Source: Nitrospira sp. | GTDB taxonomy: Bacteria; Nitrospirota; Nitrospiria; Nitrospirales; Nitrospiraceae | Length of the DNA: 64,000 nucleotides | Direction: 5' to 3' | Assembly: GCA_047150005.1 (NCBI GenBank) | Contig: AP038806.1 | Coordinates: 576,001-640,000 of the forward strand | Shown here: in pieces, positions 21,080 through 30,514 of the stretch | How the letters are laid out: each line of letters begins with the position of its first letter | Numbering within the stretch: the first letter of the stretch is position 1 | The notes under the pieces: model-generated | What the model saw: only the letters and a program-made list of their open reading frames with translations | What the model was told of the DNA's origin: nothing | Databases searched by the model: none | Program-made: the position numbers and the translations under genes

Positions 21080-22324
21080 CTACAATCCCGGCCGCTTGTC
21101 CGCCTTGACCATCAGATGCAACGGCTCGTCGGTTCGTCGTACGTCCAGCTCCAGGATTTCGCCGGCCTGCACCTGGCACAGGCGCTTGGCGTCACGCTCG
21201 TTCTTCGCGGTCGTCAAGGACGCTCCGTTGCAGGCCACGATTCGATCGCCGACCTTGAGCCCCGCCTTCTCGGCCGGCAGCCCGCTGCGAAGCTCGCGCA
21301 CCAGATAGAACCGCGCGCCCCGCTCCTCGAGCAGCTCCCAGTTCACGCCGATCCGTCCCGACCCGAGCAGTCCGGTTTGTGCGCCGAACCGCGCAAGGAT
21401 GCGGTGGACGATCAACCGCGCGGAACCCTCGGGATCGTCGGTTGTGGGATCCATCAGATGGCCCTCGCCGTTGAACAGCAGCAGCCCGGTCTCGACGTCG
21501 ATCATGCGCAGAGCCAACGACACGCTGTGCATCCGATCCTGTGGACGCCGCTCCCACTGTTGCACCTCGCCGACGATGATAGCCTGTGCGCCGACCAGTC
21601 TTCCGACCTTCAACACGTTGGCGTCGTCCGCATGGGTCAGCTGAATTACCTGCTCTTTCAACACTTCATCCAGCTTGGCCCGCTCCACCATGTGGATGTC
21701 GAGATCGAGCATCAACGTCGTGACGATCCCGGTCACGCGCGAGCCGGATCCACGTGCGCCGGCTGCGTCTTCGAACAGCATGACGGCCATCGTTCGATAG
21801 CGATCGATGCTCTCGCGATCGATGGGACCGTTGCCGGTCACGACGGGTTCCAGGCGGCCGTTGACCGTCTGCGCGGCCTGTACACCGGTCGCGACGCAGG
21901 CTTTCCTCCGCTGCAGAATGGCGGCAGGGGGACCCCAGGCGCAAAGTTCCTCGTTGACCATCACCACATGATGCGGATATTCCCGTTGCTGGTCCGCCGC
22001 AATATTGGTGAACGGATAGAAGAGGCATCCGCCGATCCAGACCGAAATGGGACAGAGCGCAAGTTCGTACAACCATTGTTTGCGCGCCGTGAGCGAATAT
22101 TCCCAGACAAGCAGCCGGCCGTCATCCCGCAGGACCCGGTCGGGCCGGCCGATTTCTTCCACAACCTGCGTCTTGGTCATCGGAACCGACAGGCGATCGA
22201 GCTTGGACTCCGATTTGACGATCGTATACGCCACCCCACACCCGGATGCCCCCGCGGCGAGACCCACGACCGCAACCATGTTGAAGAAGAGCCGGCTTCG
22301 TTGTGCAGCCGCAGACCGTCGCAT
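21080..22324 (-). CDS. Lipoprotein with BamE-like, CsgG-like and PDZ domains
   Basis: Lipobox ASGC, MTKTQVVEEIGRP, VERAKLDEVLKE...VGRLVGAQAIIVGEV (CsgG-like) and PAEKAGLKVGDRI (PDZ). Confidence 0.75.
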   Translation of the reverse strand: MRRSAAAQRSRLFFNMVAVVGLAAGASGCGVAYTIVKSESKLDRLSVPMTKTQVVEEIGRPDRVLRDDGRLLVWEYSLTARKQWLYELALCPISVWIGGCLFYPFTNIAADQQREYPHHVVMVNEELCAWGPPAAILQRRKACVATGVQAAQTVNGRLEPVVTGNGPIDRESIDRYRTMAVMLFEDAAGARGSGSRVTGIVTTLMLDLDIHMVERAKLDEVLKEQVIQLTHADDANVLKVGRLVGAQAIIVGEVQQWERRPQDRMHSVSLALRMIDVETGLLLFNGEGHLMDPTTDDPEGSARLIVHRILARFGAQTGLLGSGRIGVNWELLEERGARFYLVRELRSGLPAEKAGLKVGDRIVACNGASLTTAKNERDAKRLCQVQAGEILELDVRRTDEPLHLMVKADKRPGL

Positions 22325-22474
22325 CGGCGGCAGCGTACCATGAGGTACAGGTCGCTGCAATGCGACGGCGAGACCGTCCGAGTGCATCGCGCGACGATGC
22401 GGCAGGGTCGGCCGCGGGAGGGTCAGTGGTCAAATACTATCGGGGTGAGCGGTGACGGAACACCCGATGGAGGC

Positions 22475-23035
22475 TCAGTTCAGGCAAGGGTCGAGGGGCA
22501 TGTCGGCATAGTGCCGGTACTCTTCGCCCAATGTGCTGACGATATCGGGCCAGATACGCAAAGGATCCTTCTCGAAGACGATGCTGGGATCTGCCGGTAT
22601 GGTGATCCAGGACCCGGTTTTCATCTCCGACTCAAGCTGTCCTGGTCCCCAGCCCGAATATCCGACATAGGCGCGAAAGGCCTCCCGCCCTTGATTGGCG
22701 GTGAGAATCCGATCGACGAGTTCGACATCCCCACCCAGACATACACCGTCGAACACGTGGTGCGAATTGTCGGGCATCTGGTTCAGCCGATAGAGCAACA
22801 TCACTTGATTCGGCTGGACCGGCCCCCCCGAAAACAGCACGTGCCGTTGTCCTTCCAGCACGGGGACGTGGGGCAAGGCCTCCGACACGGACATGGCGGT
22901 CGGACGATTCACGACGACTCCCAACGCCCCATCCGCGCCGTGTTCACACAGCAGCACCACGGTCTGCCGGAAATTCGGGTCACGAAGCGACGGAGCCGCA
23001 ATGAGGAAAATGCCCTTGCCTAGTGGGAGTTGCAT
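22475..23035 (-). CDS. YqgE/AlgH family protein
   Basis: LIAAPSLRDPNFRQTVVLLCEH, GGPV and GYSGWGPGQLESE motifs. Confidence 0.93.
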   Translation of the reverse strand: MQLPLGKGIFLIAAPSLRDPNFRQTVVLLCEHGADGALGVVVNRPTAMSVSEALPHVPVLEGQRHVLFSGGPVQPNQVMLLYRLNQMPDNSHHVFDGVCLGGDVELVDRILTANQGREAFRAYVGYSGWGPGQLESEMKTGSWITIPADPSIVFEKDPLRIWPDIVSTLGEEYRHYADMPLDPCLN

Positions 23036-23189
23036 ACAGCTTATCCTATCGCGCCGTCCCGTCACACGCAAGCCGGTCGTTGCTCATTGTCGCCTCCGAA
23101 GAAAATCGTGCGACGCGTCGTACGCGCCGCGGCGACAATGCGTGGATCCGCTGCCGGAGAAATCGATCGAGACGGTTACCGCGAGACGT

Positions 23190-23978
23190 TTACCGATAGA
23201 GAGATTCCCGTCGATCACGAAGCAGATCATTATACGGAGTGACCGCTTTGTCGCGAGCTTGAGCGGGATCGATCTCGACGATGCAGACGTCTTCCTGATC
23301 GCGCGGCGACCGGTGGAGGATCTCCCCTCGGGGATTGACGATCTCGCTGTTGCCGATATACACGAGCGGCGCCTTCCCTCCGCGGGATTCCGAGCCGATA
23401 CGGTTGCACGTCACGGAAAAAACGCGATTCTCCAGACAACGGACCGGCATGGAATCCGGACAGTTCGGCAATACCAGATTCGACGGATGGCAGATGATAT
23501 CGGCGCCTTGTAGGGCCAACGTGCGCGCCGATTCCGGATAGTACCAGTCAAAACAGATCATCACTCCGATCCGGGCGCGACCGATGTCCCATACGCGAAA
23601 GCCCGTGTCACCGGGAGTGAAGAACAGCCTCTCCTCGAAAAACAAATGGGTCTTCCGATAGGACCCGATGAAACCCTTGGGGCCGACCACCACGGCGGAG
23701 TTATACAGGAGGGAACCGGCCCGTTCCGCGAGTCCCGCCACGACGACCATGTGCTTTTTACGGGCGAGCTCGATCAGCCGTGCGGTGGTGGGGCCGTCGG
23801 GAATGGGCTCGGCCAGTTCGCGTACTTCAGCCTGCGAGACGAATTGATACCCGGACACGCAGAGTTCCGGCAGCACGATCAGGTCTGCCTCGACGGCCTC
23901 GAGCCTGGAGGAGATCGCTTCGAGGTTCGCCGAGGTCTTGCCGAATTCCGGATTGCTCTGGTAGTAGCCGACGCGCAC
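23190..23978 (-). CDS. Carbon-nitrogen hydrolase (nitrilase superfamily)
   Basis: Glu-Lys-Cys triad motifs PEL, YRKTHL and ICFDW. Confidence 0.93.
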   Translation of the reverse strand: MRVGYYQSNPEFGKTSANLEAISSRLEAVEADLIVLPELCVSGYQFVSQAEVRELAEPIPDGPTTARLIELARKKHMVVVAGLAERAGSLLYNSAVVVGPKGFIGSYRKTHLFFEERLFFTPGDTGFRVWDIGRARIGVMICFDWYYPESARTLALQGADIICHPSNLVLPNCPDSMPVRCLENRVFSVTCNRIGSESRGGKAPLVYIGNSEIVNPRGEILHRSPRDQEDVCIVEIDPAQARDKAVTPYNDLLRDRRESLYR

Positions 23979-24037
23979 GACAGACTCCTCTCACTCAACC
24001 GCGGGAGAAGTCACCGACTCCACCCCTGAGACAGAAA

Positions 24038-24063
24038 CGGGCAGGGATTACGATCCCTGCCCG
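24038..24063 (-). terminator. Intrinsic terminator after smbP
   Basis: CGGGCAGGGAT-tacg-ATCCCTGCCCG is a perfect stem, followed by TTTCTGT on the minus strand. Confidence 0.7.
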
Positions 24064-24111
24064 CTCCAAACTGCAATCCGGAAACCGGTAACGGAAAATA
24101 CTCAGCGCGGT

Positions 24112-24453
24112 TTACTTCACCTCAGACAGGTGCGTCACGGCGCCTTCGGCATGCTTCGTGGCCACATCGGCATGTCCGGCCTTGCCATGCTCAACCGCCT
24201 CCTGAAGGTGCTTGACTCCCTCGTCCAGATGCGGATTCTTCATGTCCTTTTGGGCGGCTTGCGCATGCTTCAGCGCACCTTCGGCGTGCTTCGTCAATGC
24301 GTCCGCATGACCCTGCTTACCATGCTCCACCGCCTCTTTGGCGTGTTCGACGGCTTCACTGACATGCTTGTTGTCCGCCTGAGCAACCAGCGGCATGCCG
24401 AGCAACGCCACAGCCGCCAGCAGAAGCGTTCCGCGTTGGATTGTCACCTTCAT
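24112..24453 (-). CDS. smbP: Small metal-binding protein SmbP (periplasmic, His-rich)
   Basis: Signal peptide AQA and periodic His in a duplicated EAVEHGKxGHADxxTKHAEGA unit. Confidence 0.85.
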   Translation of the reverse strand: MKVTIQRGTLLLAAVALLGMPLVAQADNKHVSEAVEHAKEAVEHGKQGHADALTKHAEGALKHAQAAQKDMKNPHLDEGVKHLQEAVEHGKAGHADVATKHAEGAVTHLSEVK

Positions 24454-24544
24454 GGGGCCTCCTCTTATGGTTATCCGTTCGATGCGAGAGAGAGATGGAT
24501 AAGGACCGCTAATGTGTTCACCTTACACAGCCGTTTTTTGAGTG

Positions 24545-25423
24545 TCAAGACGGTCTGGTCGGCGCGTCGATCCCTAGAACCTTTTGAAGGCCTTGAAAAT
24601 CCTTTTCCACGGGGCAGGCAAAATCGCGGCTCCATTCCCACCAGGATCCGGCATAATTGCGCACTTTCTGAAAGCCGGCCAATTTGAGCACCACGTACAA
24701 CCAAGCCGATCGGACGCCGCCGGTGCAGTAACAGACGACCTCTTGGTCCGGATACAAGCCCCTATCCTCCAGGCTTGTGCGAATCGCATCGAGATCCTTG
24801 ACTGTGGCATTCTGGTTCAGGAAGCCGTTCCACGCGATGTTGATGGCGGACGGGATATGGCCGGGGCGAGGGATACCGGACACCTCCTTACCCAGAAACT
24901 CCTCCAGACTCCTGGCGTCTACGATGGTGACGCGCGGATGAGGCTGCTTCACCAACGCCCGGAGCTCGTCTTTCGCAATCGCGGTGTCCTTGCTGATCTG
25001 GATGACGAAGGTGCCGGGATTGACATTGACCCGCCCGTGTTCAAAGGGACGACGCTCATCGATCCACTTGACCCATCCCCCGTCCAAGATCCGCAGATTC
25101 TTGTGCCCGAGATACTCGAGCATCCAGAACATGCGCCCTTCATCTCCCCAGTTGTCGAAGGGATTGGAATAGATGACGACCTCGCTGTCGCTGCTGATGC
25201 CCAAGGCTCGGATCCGCTGTTGCATCCGGGGCAGATCGGGATCCAGGAGTCCTTTCGCCACGGCGTTCGGGTCGCTGTACTCGTGCCAGGTCGAATTGAC
25301 GGCCCCCGGAATATGGCCGCCGAATTCGTACGCCGCCTTCCCTCGGACATCGATGATGACGAGCCCCGGGCGGCCCAATTTACTCTGCAAGATTTCCGTG
25401 TCGATCAATAACGGATGTGTCAT
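24545..25423 (-). CDS. Tandem-domain rhodanese/sulfurtransferase
   Basis: GHIPGA, GHIPSA, active-site YCTGGVRS and YAGSWWEW. Confidence 0.93.
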   Translation of the reverse strand: MTHPLLIDTEILQSKLGRPGLVIIDVRGKAAYEFGGHIPGAVNSTWHEYSDPNAVAKGLLDPDLPRMQQRIRALGISSDSEVVIYSNPFDNWGDEGRMFWMLEYLGHKNLRILDGGWVKWIDERRPFEHGRVNVNPGTFVIQISKDTAIAKDELRALVKQPHPRVTIVDARSLEEFLGKEVSGIPRPGHIPSAINIAWNGFLNQNATVKDLDAIRTSLEDRGLYPDQEVVCYCTGGVRSAWLYVVLKLAGFQKVRNYAGSWWEWSRDFACPVEKDFQGLQKVLGIDAPTRPS

Positions 25424-25540
25424 GACTCTCCTCAATCCCCTGCCGGTGCCTCACGATGTTCAGCCGGACATTTTGCGCAGGTTCTCGCGTCGGTCCGGTC
25501 GCACCGCAGCTGTACAAATCAGCGCAGCGAGTTCCTTCAA

Positions 25541-26485
25541 CTATGCATCCAGGAGCGCTCGGACGTGGGTTTCCACCGAGGCCGCCAGCGCCGGCAAATG
25601 ATACCCTCCCTCCAGCGAAGACAGGATGCGTCCCTTGGCGTACCGCTTGGCAATACGGGCGACGATGCCGGTCAAGTCCGCATAGCCGGCTTCGGTCAGT
25701 CCCATGCCGGCCAGGGGATCGTCACGATGTGCATCGAATCCGGCCGAGATGATGACAAACTCCGGCTTGAACGCATCCGCCGCCGGAACCAGGGTCTTCA
25801 GAAATACGTCCCGGTAGGCTTCGTCTCCTTCGCCCTGCTCCATGGGAACATTGATCGTAAAACCTTCCCCCGCTCCACGTCCCCGTTCGGTTGCACGTCC
25901 AGTTCCCGGATAATGCGGGTACTGGTGCGTACTGAAAAAGAGAACGGTCGGGTCTTCTTCGAAACTATGCTGTGTCCCGTTCCCATGATGCACGTCCCAG
26001 TCGACGATCAAAATTCTCGTGAGGCCGTGACGTTTCTGAACGTACCGGGCCGCGATCGCCACGTTATTGAACAGGCAAAATCCCATCGCGCGATCACGTT
26101 CGGCATGGTGGCCGGGAGGCCGCACGGCGCAAAATACATGATCGACACGACCGGCCAGAATGGCATCAGCCGCCGCCAACACCCCGCCCACTGCCAAGTA
26201 TGCGGCCTCAAGCGACCCTGGCGACATCGATGTGTCGGGATCGAGCGACACTCGTCCGCTCGAAGGCGCACGGCCTTCCAGAGCCGCTACGTAACGGCTG
26301 TCGTGGATTTGTGTCACCCATTCATGCTCCGCTTTTCTGGGCTCGATCTTGAGGAGTCGAGCGGCCGTCCCGCCATGCTCCAATTGTTGCATGATCGCGC
26401 GGAGCCGGTTCGGCGACTCGGGATGCCCCGACCCCATGTCGTGATCGAGATAAGCGGCATGACAGACAAGGCCGGTTTTGCCCAT
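25541..26485 (-). CDS. Histone deacetylase family protein (AcuC-like amidohydrolase)
   Basis: HPESPNR, RPPGHH, GFCLFNN, DWDVHHGNGT, SAGFD and LEGGY motifs. Confidence 0.95.
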   Translation of the reverse strand: MGKTGLVCHAAYLDHDMGSGHPESPNRLRAIMQQLEHGGTAARLLKIEPRKAEHEWVTQIHDSRYVAALEGRAPSSGRVSLDPDTSMSPGSLEAAYLAVGGVLAAADAILAGRVDHVFCAVRPPGHHAERDRAMGFCLFNNVAIAARYVQKRHGLTRILIVDWDVHHGNGTQHSFEEDPTVLFFSTHQYPHYPGTGRATERGRGAGEGFTINVPMEQGEGDEAYRDVFLKTLVPAADAFKPEFVIISAGFDAHRDDPLAGMGLTEAGYADLTGIVARIAKRYAKGRILSSLEGGYHLPALAASVETHVRALLDA

Positions 26486-26622
26486 ACTGAGTATCCACAA
26501 AACATCGCCCGTTGCACGCCATCGTGCAAGACGCACAGGTATTGAGATTAGCACGCGCCGTCGCGCATAGACAATGAGCGCCGCCACATGCTACCGTTCG
26601 GTCGCGACAGCCGGAGCGGCCA

Positions 26623-26940
26623 ATGCCCAACCCCAGAATCGAACCTTTGAAGAAAGTCCTCGCCATGGATCCGAACGATGACGTGGCGTGGTTCGGCTTG
26701 GGAAAGGCCTATATGGACGACGGAAATTTCGAAGAAGCCGTGACGGCGCTCCGTCAATGCATCACCGTCAAGCCGGCTTACTCGGCCGCCTACTATGCCC
26801 TTGCCCAATCGCTGCATAAATTGGGTCGGTACGCCGAGTGCCGGGACATTGCCGCCACAGGCATCGACATCTCGGCCAAAAACGGCGATGCGATGGTCAC
26901 GAAGAACCTTGAGAGCCTCAAGAATTCTCTGCCAGCCTGA
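26623..26940 (+). CDS. Tetratricopeptide repeat protein
   Basis: TPR consensus (AWFGLGKAY, AYYALAQSL). Confidence 0.85.
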   Translation: MPNPRIEPLKKVLAMDPNDDVAWFGLGKAYMDDGNFEEAVTALRQCITVKPAYSAAYYALAQSLHKLGRYAECRDIAATGIDISAKNGDAMVTKNLESLKNSLPA

Positions 26941-26951
26941 TCCTTCACATC

Positions 26952-27791
26952 TCACAGCAACTGATCGAACGAGTTCCGTTGATGTTCCGTCAACGGCGTC
27001 GCGGCGGAAGGATTCCGGATCAACAGCCGCACGCGCGGATGGCCAGCCTGACGCCGACTCCGCTGGTGCACATCCACATTGACCAACCGGGTCGCGGCAC
27101 CGAACGGAAGGGGCTCCACGTCCCAGAGCGTGATCAAGACCGCGCTCAGGTGTCGAAGCTTGGTCAAGAGCATGGTCGCCGAGCCGGCTAGCGCCCTCAG
27201 GTCGAGCCTGACAATCCCTCGCCGGACGCGGCCGCCCCCTTCCAATTCCCCCCGGGGAATCGAAAGGCTGAGGACAACTGGATCGACATAGTCGACCAGT
27301 TGCTTGGCCTTCTGCCGGATACGGGCGAGCACGCGATAAATCAGAAGCGTGCCTCGGTCCGACGCTTCATTCCCTCCATCGGTGAGCCTGATGATTCGGC
27401 TCCGCCTCGGCGTGCTCGACCCGACCATCGCTGTGACTTCGACGAAGAATCGGTCCCGGCCGATGCGGCACTCGAAATCGGCGGTCTTCGCTTGGGACTC
27501 GGGTAGAAACGTGACGGCAGCACCGACACGAATCAACTGCGAAGCCAGTTCCACCTCCGCGAGAGCCGATTCCCGAACACCATAATCGTGCTGAGTCAGC
27601 CGATGGATAAGCCGGCCCAGCCGCAGATGGCTCGAGTGATCGAGGCACTGTCGCTGCAGCGAGGCGTATCGCTCTCGAATCTCGAGAGAAAGCACCGGCT
27701 CGTCGCTCCAGAGCGTGGTCTCCGCTGCGACTCTGGTGTGGACGAAGCGGTTGACCAGTTTGATTGTCTGTCTTGGACGAAAGCGAGCCAT
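26952..27791 (-). CDS. Hypothetical protein, possible PD-(D/E)XK-like fold
   Basis: 279-aa ORF with a KTADF...FFVEVT pattern. Confidence 0.55.
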   Translation of the reverse strand: MARFRPRQTIKLVNRFVHTRVAAETTLWSDEPVLSLEIRERYASLQRQCLDHSSHLRLGRLIHRLTQHDYGVRESALAEVELASQLIRVGAAVTFLPESQAKTADFECRIGRDRFFVEVTAMVGSSTPRRSRIIRLTDGGNEASDRGTLLIYRVLARIRQKAKQLVDYVDPVVLSLSIPRGELEGGGRVRRGIVRLDLRALAGSATMLLTKLRHLSAVLITLWDVEPLPFGAATRLVNVDVHQRSRRQAGHPRVRLLIRNPSAATPLTEHQRNSFDQLL

Positions 27792-27894
27792 GGAGCGCAG
27801 GATGGATTCGCGACCAGGCCTTCATGAGCGGCCAATGCTCTCGATACCGTAGGAACAGAGCGGCGGCATCTCTACCGGCGCGCCGGACCGGGAC

Positions 27895-28224
27895 TCACGT
27901 CAGTTCCGTTCCCTCGTGCTCGTCGGGCATCGATCGGCTCTCTTCGGAATCGCGCTTGGAGACTTCTTCACACACCTCATCCATCCAGCGGCCGGCACAG
28001 GCCAGAATCTCTCGAACCAACGGTTCCGGCTGTCTGGTCTGCTTGATCGTCCACTGCGAGACATATTCCAGAAGCGAGTCCCTCTCGAAGCGCCGAGTCG
28101 TCTGAAGCGCGAGTTGCGTCAGCTCCCTGAAGCCGGTCCTGAGAACGGATTCGACCGTGTCTCGGCCGTACGACGTGCTGGCAATGACATATTGTACGGC
28201 GCGATTGAGTTCTTGATCGGTCAT
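27895..28224 (-). CDS. Hypothetical protein
   Basis: 109-aa ORF with normal composition filling the intergenic gap. Confidence 0.65.
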   Translation of the reverse strand: MTDQELNRAVQYVIASTSYGRDTVESVLRTGFRELTQLALQTTRRFERDSLLEYVSQWTIKQTRQPEPLVREILACAGRWMDEVCEEVSKRDSEESRSMPDEHEGTELT

Positions 28225-28377
28225 ATCGGTCTCAAGTCAGGATAGGGAAGATTGTCACATCCTGCCGGAAAGCTGTCAATGCGCGCACGTCCTGATCAGC
28301 GGCGGCGCATTTTTTGTCCCGGCTCATGGTGCGGGAGTGATATGATCCGGCATTCGTCTACGGCAAGGAGCCCACAC

Positions 28378-30177
28378 ATGGCGGCGACAGTCTCTGTTCG
28401 ACAGCGGTCACGGCGCTTCGTCGTCTCCGACCGATGGATGCTTGGCGATCTTCTGGAGAACCCCGTGGAACGGCTCGAGCGGCACCTCGCCGACCTCGAT
28501 GAGCAGGTCACGCAGATCGAGTCGGCCCGACCGACTCTGTCTCCCACGATGTCCGGCGACGCCTTTCATTCGATTCTGAAGACGCTCGAGGCCGTCGCCA
28601 GGCGTTCGTCCAGCCTCGGTGCCTATGCGTACCTCTGGTTCTCGGAAAATACGAAAGACCTGAAGGCACGGTCGTTCAAGACGCGCGTCGAGGAACGCCT
28701 CACCGCCCTCAACAATCGCCTTCTGTTCTTCGAACTCTGGTGGCAGGGCGTGGACGAGTCGACCGCGAATCGCCTCATGGCCGGCTCGCATGATCTGCGC
28801 TACTATCTTGAAACGATTCGCCGACACAAACCGCATACGCTCTCCGAGGCCGAAGAAAAGATCATCAACATCAAGAACGTCACGGGACGCAGCGCGGTCA
28901 ATACCCTGTACGACGTCGTCACGAACGGCTTGTCCTTCGTCATTCGGGATCGTGGGAAGAAGAAAGCCGTCGGTCGGGAAGAATTGATGTCATACGTGCG
29001 CAGCCCGAAAGGCGCGGTCCGACAGGCGGCATACGCCGAATTCTATCGCGTGTTCTCGACTCAGCGCGACCTCCTGGGAGAAATCTACAAGACCTTGGTC
29101 AACGACTGGAAATCCGAAAATCTCTCCCTGCGGGGCTTCTCCTCCCCGATCGCGACACGCAACCTCGGAAACGATGTGCCCGACGAAGCCGTCGAGGCCC
29201 TGCTCTCGATTTGTGCCAAGAACGCCGGCGTCTTTCAGACCTATTTCAAGCTGAAGGCCAGGATCTGCGGAATCAAGCCCATGAGCCGCTATCATCTCTA
29301 TGCGCCGCATCGGACCGAACCCAAGAAGTACAAATATGCCGATGCGGTTTCCTTGGTGAGAGAAGCCTATCGGGAATTCTCACCACGGCTGGCCGGTCTT
29401 GTCGACCAGATCTTCAGCGAACGTCATATCGACGCCGCGACCAGGCCGGGCAAGATGGGTGGAGCCTACTGTTACAGCGTGGTGCCGGGACGGACGCCGT
29501 ATGTGCTGTTGAACTATACCGGTGACGCGCGCGACATCGCGACGATGGCCCATGAACTGGGTCACGCGGTCCACGGAATGCTGGCCGGCCACCATTCCGT
29601 GTTTACATTTCACGCGACGTTGCCTCTTGCCGAAACGGCGTCGGTCTTCGGCGAACGCATTCTCTCCGAGGCGCTCATGCGCCAAGAAACCAGAAAGGAG
29701 GTCCGACAGGGACTGCTGCTCAGCCAGCTGGACGACCTGTACGCCACCGTCATGCGGCAAGCGTACTTCGTTCGCTTCGAGCGGATGGCTCACCAGATGA
29801 TCGACGACGGCGCGACGGCCGACCAGCTCGCGCACACCTATCTGGGCGAACTCCGTCAGCAGTTCGGTAAGGCGGTGACCGTGCCGGATGAGTTTCGGTG
29901 GGAATGGCTCACGATCCCTCACATCTTCGCCAGTCCGTTCTACTGCTATTCCTACAGTTTCGGCAATTTGCTCGTGTTGGCGCTCTATCGCATGTACCAG
30001 GAGCAAGGCCGGGACTTCGTCCCGAAGTATCTGGATCTGCTCGGCACCGGAGGCTCGCAATCTCCAAATCAGATCCTAAGAAAGCTCGGCGTGGACATGA
30101 CCGCTCAGAGCTTCTGGCAGTCGGGTTTCGATGCGATTAGGGAAATGGTCATCCAGTTGGAAGCCACCCTCTCATAG
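28378..30177 (+). CDS. pepF: M3B oligoendopeptidase F
   Basis: GKMGGAYC, TMAHELGHAVH (HExxH), AETASVFGE, IPHIF and FYCYSY motifs. Confidence 0.92.
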   Translation: MAATVSVRQRSRRFVVSDRWMLGDLLENPVERLERHLADLDEQVTQIESARPTLSPTMSGDAFHSILKTLEAVARRSSSLGAYAYLWFSENTKDLKARSFKTRVEERLTALNNRLLFFELWWQGVDESTANRLMAGSHDLRYYLETIRRHKPHTLSEAEEKIINIKNVTGRSAVNTLYDVVTNGLSFVIRDRGKKKAVGREELMSYVRSPKGAVRQAAYAEFYRVFSTQRDLLGEIYKTLVNDWKSENLSLRGFSSPIATRNLGNDVPDEAVEALLSICAKNAGVFQTYFKLKARICGIKPMSRYHLYAPHRTEPKKYKYADAVSLVREAYREFSPRLAGLVDQIFSERHIDAATRPGKMGGAYCYSVVPGRTPYVLLNYTGDARDIATMAHELGHAVHGMLAGHHSVFTFHATLPLAETASVFGERILSEALMRQETRKEVRQGLLLSQLDDLYATVMRQAYFVRFERMAHQMIDDGATADQLAHTYLGELRQQFGKAVTVPDEFRWEWLTIPHIFASPFYCYSYSFGNLLVLALYRMYQEQGRDFVPKYLDLLGTGGSQSPNQILRKLGVDMTAQSFWQSGFDAIREMVIQLEATLS

Positions 30178-30219
30178 TTCCCGACGCAGAAATCGAAAAA
30201 ATCAGATGCTGGACAGGGC

Positions 30220-30262
30220 TTGACAAAACGGTCCTTCGGTGGCATACTGAGAATGCTTCTCA
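30220..30262 (+). promoter_or_regulatory. Sigma70 promoter (TTGACA-17-CATACT) with adjacent Fur-box-like palindrome TGAGAATGCTTCTCA
   Basis: -35 at 30220, -10 at 30243 and palindrome at 30248-30262, upstream of a bfd-like gene. Confidence 0.7.
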
Positions 30263-30289
30263 TAATCGTCGATTGATCGCGAGGCGCTC

Positions 30290-30496
30290 ATGTATGTTTG
30301 TCTCTGCAAGGGAATCACGGAATCCGACGTGCGAGCGGCAGGACGAGCAGGTCTCGTAATGGCCTGCCAGCTCAAATCGAAGTTTGGTTTGAAAGAGTCC
30401 GGCTGTTGCGGCCGGTGCTCGAAGAATATTCGGGAATTCGTCGAACTGGCGACCAGCGAACATCGCCTCCCTGCTCCCAGCGAAGTCCGCACCTAA
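30290..30496 (+). CDS. bfd: Bfd-like [2Fe-2S] ferredoxin
   Basis: MYVCLCKGIT...CCGRC is the Bfd CxC...CxxC motif. GAGG RBS. Confidence 0.88.
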   Translation: MYVCLCKGITESDVRAAGRAGLVMACQLKSKFGLKESGCCGRCSKNIREFVELATSEHRLPAPSEVRT

Positions 30497-30514
30497 CCTC
30501 CCCGCTCCAACCGC

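Noticed and set aside
20801..23023. 740-aa plus-strand ORF, and similar long ORFs at 2874-4535, 12888-14381, 60241-61449 and 62875-63957
   Set aside because: These are antisense shadows of well-supported genes in GC-rich DNA, with no recognisable motifs.
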